A stretch of 64,000 bases of DNA. Source: an uncultured Bacillota bacterium (GTDB lineage Bacteria > Sysuimicrobiota > Sysuimicrobiia > Sysuimicrobiales > Segetimicrobiaceae). This document shows positions 58,693 through 64,000 of the stretch, piece by piece. The notes under the pieces are model-generated. The model saw only the letters and a program-made list of their open reading frames with translations, did no database searches and had not been told where the DNA came from. The translations under genes were made by a program, and so were the position numbers. The stretch's first letter is position 1, and every line of letters begins with the position of its first letter. The stretch covers positions 160,001 through 224,000 of the forward strand of contig CAWDRG010000005.1 in the NCBI GenBank assembly GCA_963804645.1. Reading direction: 5' to 3'.

Positions 58693-60261
58693 CTAAAACT
58701 TCACGTGCACCGTATGGTAGCCCTGGCCGCCGTCCGGCAGGGTCGGTTCGGGCTGCGAGGGCTGCAGGCTGCCCTTCCCGTCCGTCGCGCGGACCTGGAG
58801 CGCGTAGTCGCCCGGCTTGGGCGGCTGCCACTCGAGCGACCAGAACTGCCACGTGTTCTCCCCGAGCGCCGGCTTGACCGCGGCCTCGATCCACGTCTTC
58901 CCGTTGTCGGGGCTGACCTCGACCTTCGAAATGCCGCGGTTTCCGGCGTACGCCCACCCGCCGAGCGCGAGCATCGTGCCGTCCTTGGTCTCGACCTTGA
59001 ACGCGCTGTTGGTCTTCACAAACGCCGTCTTGCTCCACCCCTGCTGCGCCCAGTACCCGACGTAGTCGTGGTTCGCGACCTCGATGCTGGTCAGCCACTT
59101 CGGCTGCTTCATCCCGTACCGGTTGAGGATCAGGACGCGCACGGGCGCCCCATGCTTCTGCGGAATGGGGTCGCCGTTCATCTGGTAGGCGAGCAGCGTC
59201 GAGGGGTCCATGGCGATGTCGATCGGAATCGACTCGGAGAAGCTGTCCACGGCGCGCCAGATGATCGTGGTCGCGCCGGGCTTCACCTCGGCGAGATCCA
59301 GGATGTCCTTCACGCGCACGCCGGTCCACTTCGCGTTCCCGATCAGATCGCCCCCGACCTCATTGCTGATGCACTCGAACGTCTGATAGCGCTCGACCGC
59401 GGGCCCGGCCTTCTTGAAGTCGTCGAGCGACAGCTTCAACGGCTTGTTCACCAATCCGGTCACTTCCAGCATCCACTTGTTGACGTCGACCGTCGGATCG
59501 AAGAAGTTCTTCGACACCTGGTAGAAGTCGCCGGCCGGCGTCACCTCGGGCGGCATGCCCTTCAGCAGCTGGAACGCCTGCGCGGCGGCGCGGACGACTG
59601 CCGCGCCGGTGTCGGCGGCCCACGCGAGCGCCGTGCCCGCCGCGGCCCCGAGCACGACCAGCGCGGAGCGGCGCAGGAGGTCCCGTCGCCCGACGGCGCT
59701 CCCCGGAGTCCCGGACCCGCTCGGCGGCAACGCGCCGCCGCCCGAGCGTGCCCCGCCGGCGGCCTCGACCGCCGCACCGGGGCGCCCGTAGAGCAGCGCG
59801 AGCACCAGCCCGTACGCGAGGCTGGCGAGCCCCATCGGCAGCGCGGGCGAGGTCACGACGGTGGTCAGCGGGACCCCAAGGATCCCGCCTTCGATGAAGG
59901 GCAGGAACAGGAACGTCAGCACCACCCACGTGACCACGGCCGCGGCCAGGCCGAGCACCACGCGCGGCCGCTGGCTCCCCCGGACGAGCCACGCGTAGAG
60001 CATCCCGCCGATGCCGAGCCCGATCACACTGGTCAGCACGGACATCGCGAGGCCGATGGGCTTCGCGTCGTGCTGGAACGTCGCCAGGATCTGCGCGAAC
60101 ACCTGGTAGGGCAGCAGCCGAATCATGCGCTCCGCGAGCGCCTCCTGCGCCGTCGGCATGCCCGTCTGGAAGCGGTACGCGAACAGCACGATCGTGACCG
60201 CCACGCCCCCGGCCACCCCGGCCCAGAATCCCCGTGCCCACCGGACCGTTCCCTGTGCCAT
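58693..60261 (-). CDS. Membrane-anchored molybdopterin oxidoreductase (sulfite oxidase family)
   Basis: N-terminal TMs, internal RRDLL Tat-like motif, FY.VSKN, CISN.VGG.LIGNA.W.G, HG.PVR, YGMK..KW, Ig-like C-domain. Confidence 0.9.
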   Translation of the reverse strand: MAQGTVRWARGFWAGVAGGVAVTIVLFAYRFQTGMPTAQEALAERMIRLLPYQVFAQILATFQHDAKPIGLAMSVLTSVIGLGIGGMLYAWLVRGSQRPRVVLGLAAAVVTWVVLTFLFLPFIEGGILGVPLTTVVTSPALPMGLASLAYGLVLALLYGRPGAAVEAAGGARSGGGALPPSGSGTPGSAVGRRDLLRRSALVVLGAAAGTALAWAADTGAAVVRAAAQAFQLLKGMPPEVTPAGDFYQVSKNFFDPTVDVNKWMLEVTGLVNKPLKLSLDDFKKAGPAVERYQTFECISNEVGGDLIGNAKWTGVRVKDILDLAEVKPGATTIIWRAVDSFSESIPIDIAMDPSTLLAYQMNGDPIPQKHGAPVRVLILNRYGMKQPKWLTSIEVANHDYVGYWAQQGWSKTAFVKTNSAFKVETKDGTMLALGGWAYAGNRGISKVEVSPDNGKTWIEAAVKPALGENTWQFWSLEWQPPKPGDYALQVRATDGKGSLQPSQPEPTLPDGGQGYHTVHVKF

Positions 60262-60386
60262 AGCCCTCTCACCCCGCCTCAATGCGGCGGCGCGCCGTCT
60301 CGGCGGCCCCGCGCGCATGCTCAGTGTCGGCCCCAGCGTATTCGAATTGTGTAATGATGTGGTAACGATGATCTGCCGCGCGTCGG

Positions 60387-61052
60387 CTACCGGCGCGGTC
60401 CCCGTCCGTCTCCACCGTCTTGGGTGGCCGCGATCTCACGCTGCCGCTGCACGGCCACGTCGACGAGCCACTGCGGGTCCTCGTAGACATAGTCCTTCCG
60501 CAGCGGGTGGCCCTTCCAATCCTCGCTCATGAGAATGCGCCGCAGATCCGGGTGCCCGTCGAACGTCAGGCCGAACAGGTCGTAGGCTTCCCGCTCGTGC
60601 CAGTCGGCGCCGACCCACACCTCGACGACCGATGGCACGTGGGCGTCGTCCTTGGGCACCGCCACTTTGAGCGTCACCCCGTGATGCCGTGCGACGGAGC
60701 TGAGGGCGTACACGATCTCGAACCGGTCCGGCCAGTCCACCGCCGAGACGAACTCGAGCGCGGCCATGTCGAACTCGGGGTTGTCGCGGAGCCACCGGCA
60801 GACGTCGCGCAGCTCCTCACGCGCCACCTGAAAGGTCGGTACCTGGTAGCGGTACGCGGGCGCATCCTCGCGGCGCAGCGGGCGCGGCGCCGGCTTGCCC
60901 TCGGCCTTCGCCGCGTCGGCCGCCACCTTCCACTCCTGCTCCTTGCCCGCCCAGGCGGCGTCCGCCTGCGCGTCCGCCGCCCGCTGCTCCGCGACCAGAT
61001 CCCGGACACGCGGGAACCGCTCGAGGAACTGCGCGATCCGCTCCGGGATCAC
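60387..61052 (-). CDS. nuoC: NADH-quinone oxidoreductase subunit C
   Basis: SAVDW, FE.VY.L.S, ADWHEREAYDLFG..F.GHPDLRRIL, GHPLRKDY. Confidence 0.92.
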   Translation of the reverse strand: MIPERIAQFLERFPRVRDLVAEQRAADAQADAAWAGKEQEWKVAADAAKAEGKPAPRPLRREDAPAYRYQVPTFQVAREELRDVCRWLRDNPEFDMAALEFVSAVDWPDRFEIVYALSSVARHHGVTLKVAVPKDDAHVPSVVEVWVGADWHEREAYDLFGLTFDGHPDLRRILMSEDWKGHPLRKDYVYEDPQWLVDVAVQRQREIAATQDGGDGRGPRR

Positions 61053-61522
61053 GAGCGGCGCCGTCCGACGATCCCGGTCGCGATCGGTTCCTTGGGAGCC
61101 GCCCGGTTCAGGTCCTCGTGCGAGTACAGGAGGCGCGCGCGGTTGTACGTCGACGTCTCGTACTGCGGCACGAACACGATCGCCTCGGTCGGGCACACCT
61201 CCACGCAGAGACCGCAGAAACAGCATTTGTCGATCTCGATGTCGAACCGGCTCAGCTGCCGCTCCTTGCCCTTGCCTTCCGCCTCGATGTGGATGCACCG
61301 GTCGGGACAGATGCGCTCGCACTGGAAGCAGATGATGCAGCGGTCTTTCCCGGTCTCGGGGTCGATCGGCAGCGACAGCAGCCCGTGGAACCGGTTGGAG
61401 GTCCCGAGCTTTTCAAGCGGATACCGCACGGTGATCTTTGGGCGGAACATCGTCCGAAAGGTCAGGCTCAGCCCCGTCGTCAGCGCGGTGGCTCCTCGAA
61501 ACACCCGCTCAGCAACCCCCAT
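61049..61522 (-). CDS. nuoI: NADH-quinone oxidoreductase subunit I
   Basis: TV.YP, RFHG, two CxxCxxCxxxCP ferredoxin motifs. Confidence 0.92.
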   Translation of the reverse strand: MGVAERVFRGATALTTGLSLTFRTMFRPKITVRYPLEKLGTSNRFHGLLSLPIDPETGKDRCIICFQCERICPDRCIHIEAEGKGKERQLSRFDIEIDKCCFCGLCVEVCPTEAIVFVPQYETSTYNRARLLYSHEDLNRAAPKEPIATGIVGRRRS

Positions 61523-61540
61523 CGCGCGCCTCCATCCCGA

Positions 61541-62644
61541 TCACCGATCCACGTCGGACAGCACGATATCCGTGCTGCCGAGGATCGCGATGACGTCGGC
61601 CACTTTCCACCCCTTCATCATCTCCGTGAGCGCGTACAGATTGCTGAACGACGGCGCCCGGATCTTCACCCGGTAGGGCGTCTCCCCGCCGTCGCTGACC
61701 ACGTACATGCCGAGCGTGCCCCGCGGGGATTCCGTGCGGACGTACACTTCGCCGCGCGGCGGCTTCATCGTCGTCGGCACGCGGGTGCGGAACTCCCCAT
61801 CCGGTAGATCATGCAGCGCCTGGCGCACGATGCGGATCGACTGCCGCATCTCCTCCATCCGCACCAAGTACCGGGCGTAGCAGTCGCCCTCGGTGCGCAC
61901 CGGCACGTCGAAGTCCACGCGGTCGTACACCTCGTAGGGGGCCGCCTTCCGGACGTCGTAGGCGATGCCGCTGGCGCGGGCGACCGGCCCGGAGGCGCCC
62001 ATCGCGATGGCGTCCCGGCGGCTGATCACGCCCACGCCCCGGCTGCGCGCTTCGAAGATCGGGTTCTGGGTCAGCAGCGCATGATACTCGTCGACGTGGG
62101 GCACGAAGTAATCCAGGAAGCCGCCGCAGGCCCCGGTCCATCCCTCCGGCAGATCCGTCACCACGCCGCCGATCCGGAAGTACACGTGGTGCAGCCGGCC
62201 GCCGGTCACCTGCTCGAACAGGTCGAGAATTCGCTCGCGCTCCCGGAAGCACCACAGGAACACGGTGGTCGCGCCCAGATCGAGGCCCCACGTGCCGAGC
62301 CAGACGAGATGGCTCGCGAGCCGGTTGAGTTCCTGGAGGATCACCCGGATGTACCGCCCGCGCGCCGGCACCTCCACCTGGGCCAGCTGCTCCACCGCCA
62401 GGCAGTACGCGGCCTCGTTGTTCAGCGCGGCGAGGTAGTCCATGCCGCGGTCGGTCAGCGCCACGTTCTGGACGTACGTGCGATGCTCCATCATCTTCTC
62501 GACCGAGGAATGGAGGTAGCCGATGTCGGGCCGGACGTCGCGGATGTTCTCCCCGTCGAGGGTCACGACGAGACGCAGCACGCCGTGCGTGCTGGGGTGC
62601 TGCGGCCCCATATTGAGCATCAGCTCTTCGGTCCGAAGCGCCAC
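61541..62644 (-). CDS. nuoD: NADH-quinone oxidoreductase subunit D
   Basis: NMGPQHPSTHGVLRL, GYLH, ESPRG, DIVL.DVDR. Confidence 0.95.
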   Translation of the reverse strand: MALRTEELMLNMGPQHPSTHGVLRLVVTLDGENIRDVRPDIGYLHSSVEKMMEHRTYVQNVALTDRGMDYLAALNNEAAYCLAVEQLAQVEVPARGRYIRVILQELNRLASHLVWLGTWGLDLGATTVFLWCFRERERILDLFEQVTGGRLHHVYFRIGGVVTDLPEGWTGACGGFLDYFVPHVDEYHALLTQNPIFEARSRGVGVISRRDAIAMGASGPVARASGIAYDVRKAAPYEVYDRVDFDVPVRTEGDCYARYLVRMEEMRQSIRIVRQALHDLPDGEFRTRVPTTMKPPRGEVYVRTESPRGTLGMYVVSDGGETPYRVKIRAPSFSNLYALTEMMKGWKVADVIAILGSTDIVLSDVDR

Positions 62645-62704
62645 CGCGTGACCTCCCTGCCTCCGACCTTGCCGATCGACCGCCGCGCGGGGCGCGGCGC
62701 GGCC

Positions 62705-63310
62705 CTACCGCGGACCGGCCTGCGACTCGAGCGCGGCGAACGCCTGCCGGCGCAGAAACGGCTCGACCTTGATGCGCTCCTGGAGCTTCAGGATGCCCTC
62801 GATCAGCGCCTCGGGCCGCGGGGGGCACCCCGGCACGTACACGTCCACCGGGACGACCTGGTCGATGCCCTTCAGGATCGAGTAGTTGTCGTAGAAGAAC
62901 GGCCCGCCGCACGTCGCGCACGAACCCATCGAGATCACGTAGCGCGGTTCCGGCATCTGCTCCCAGAGCCGGCGGACGATCGGCGCCATCTTGATCGAGC
63001 AGCGGCCGGCGACGATCATCAGGTCGGCCTGGCGCGGGGTCGCGCGGGGGATGACGCCCATGCGGTCGAGATCGAAGCGGCTCGCGAACGCCGCCATCAT
63101 CTCGATGGCGCAGCACGCGAGCCCAAACGTCAACGGCCACAGCGACGACGCGCGCCCCCAGTTGAGGGCGCCTTCGATGGTCGTCAACACCAACCCGCCC
63201 CCAGGCACGCTGTCCAGGATCTCCACGGCCTGCGCCATCGGGGCGATCCTGCTGCGGACGGGCGGGGACCCGGGGACACCCGGCACGAGCGGCACGTCGG
63301 TCGACATCAC
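62705..63310 (-). CDS. nuoB: NADH-quinone oxidoreductase subunit B
   Basis: [29 protein letters not shown]. Confidence 0.95.
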   Translation of the reverse strand: MMSTDVPLVPGVPGSPPVRSRIAPMAQAVEILDSVPGGGLVLTTIEGALNWGRASSLWPLTFGLACCAIEMMAAFASRFDLDRMGVIPRATPRQADLMIVAGRCSIKMAPIVRRLWEQMPEPRYVISMGSCATCGGPFFYDNYSILKGIDQVVPVDVYVPGCPPRPEALIEGILKLQERIKVEPFLRRQAFAALESQAGPR

Positions 63311-63382
63311 GCCTCCTGCACCACGAAGTCCACGATCACCCTAGCATCAGGACAGCGCACCTGCAATCGCGCTCCGGTGCGG

Positions 63383-63814
63383 CTACGACGCGGGGGGCAC
63401 CTCCTCAAGCGCCATCTCGAACGTGATCCAGGGCAGCGTCGCGCATTTCACCCGCACCGGAAACTTGCGGACGCCCTGCAGCGCCTCGAGGTCGCCGAGC
63501 CCCTCCGGCGGAATGGGGTCGCCGTGCATCATCGCCTTAAAGGCGGCGATCAACCGCGCCGCGTCTTCGACGCGCTGCCCCTTCAGCTGCTCGGTCATCA
63601 TCGAGGCGGAGGCCTGGCTGATCGAGCAGCCCTTGCCGTCGAACCGGACATCTTCCACGATCCCGTTGCGCACCCGCAGCGACACGCGGATCTCGTCCCC
63701 GCAGAGCGGGTTCGTGCCCTCGCGGGTGACGTCCGCGGGATTCGCCACGCCCTTGTTGCGGGGGTGGCTATAGTGGTCGAGGATGACCTCGCGGTACAGA
63801 TCGTCAAGCGACAC
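63383..63814 (-). CDS. sufU: SUF system NifU-like protein SufU
   Basis: LYREVILDH, NPLCGD, GCSISQAS, RVKCA.L.W. Confidence 0.94.
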   Translation of the reverse strand: MSLDDLYREVILDHYSHPRNKGVANPADVTREGTNPLCGDEIRVSLRVRNGIVEDVRFDGKGCSISQASASMMTEQLKGQRVEDAARLIAAFKAMMHGDPIPPEGLGDLEALQGVRKFPVRVKCATLPWITFEMALEEVPPAS

Positions 63815-64000
63815 GGAACAGCTCCCTCACCCGGCCCAGCGCGCCGATCAGCGCGTCGATCTCCTCGGGAATGGTGTACACGTAGAAGCTCGCGCGGGCG
63901 GACGCGCCGATGCCGAGCTTGCGGTGCAGCGGCTTTGTGCAGTGATGTCCCGCGCGCACGCAGATCCCTTCCCCGTCGAGCACCTGCGCGATGTCGTGCG
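63804..64000 (-). CDS. sufS: Cysteine desulfurase SufS (3' end only)
   Basis: HDIAQVLD..GICVRAGHHCTKP, RASFY.Y; overlaps sufU start. Confidence 0.92.
   Translation of the reverse strand, partial: HDIAQVLDGEGICVRAGHHCTKPLHRKLGIGASARASFYVYTIPEEIDALIGALGRVRELFRVA

Noticed and set aside
61541..63310. Group 4 [NiFe]-hydrogenase
   Set aside because: The large subunit lacks both CxxC Ni-binding motifs and has complex I NuoD signatures

Overview
High-GC (about 70% by eye) bacterial chromosome segment. LpxB-like, LptA-like and ArnT genes in an otherwise Gram-positive-like gene set suggest a diderm Terrabacteria lineage such as CSP1-3/Armatimonadota (inference only). 1-19.7 kb: cell-envelope glycan region with four GT2s, an AsnB-type amidotransferase, an epimerase, a frameshifted ArnT, two LpxB-like paralogs, heptose kinase/isomerase, a carbamoyltransferase, an orphan pilin and a second ArnT-like GT. 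19.8-31.2 kb: moaD-moaE fusion, Vps10/BNR protein, TPR protein, class I aldolase, LptA, Fur, DUF169 and Mrp. 31.2-38.4 kb: mobile-element hotspot. An intact ISNCY-type IS sits tail-to-tail with the end of a related IS relic; that relic end is interrupted by a group II intron, whose RT gene is itself interrupted by a second group II intron (twintron). A low-GC gene pair follows. 38.4-64 kb: split MetE, acyl-CoA dehydrogenase, Nfu/IscA, MoeZ, ArsR-SRPBCC, lipA plus 2-oxoacid dehydrogenase operon, def, an ECF sigma/anti-sigma/subtilase operon, a sulfite-oxidase-family enzyme, a stand-alone nuoB-D-I-C cluster and sufU/sufS. Best leads: (1) the nested twintron, whose junctions can be reconstructed to the base; (2) an anti-sigma whose external domain resembles the propeptide of its co-encoded subtilase; (3) a duplicated activator-type promoter shared by an orphan pilin and a tiny exported peptide. 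I found no CRISPR array, rRNA or tRNA. All product calls are motif-based; no database search was run.
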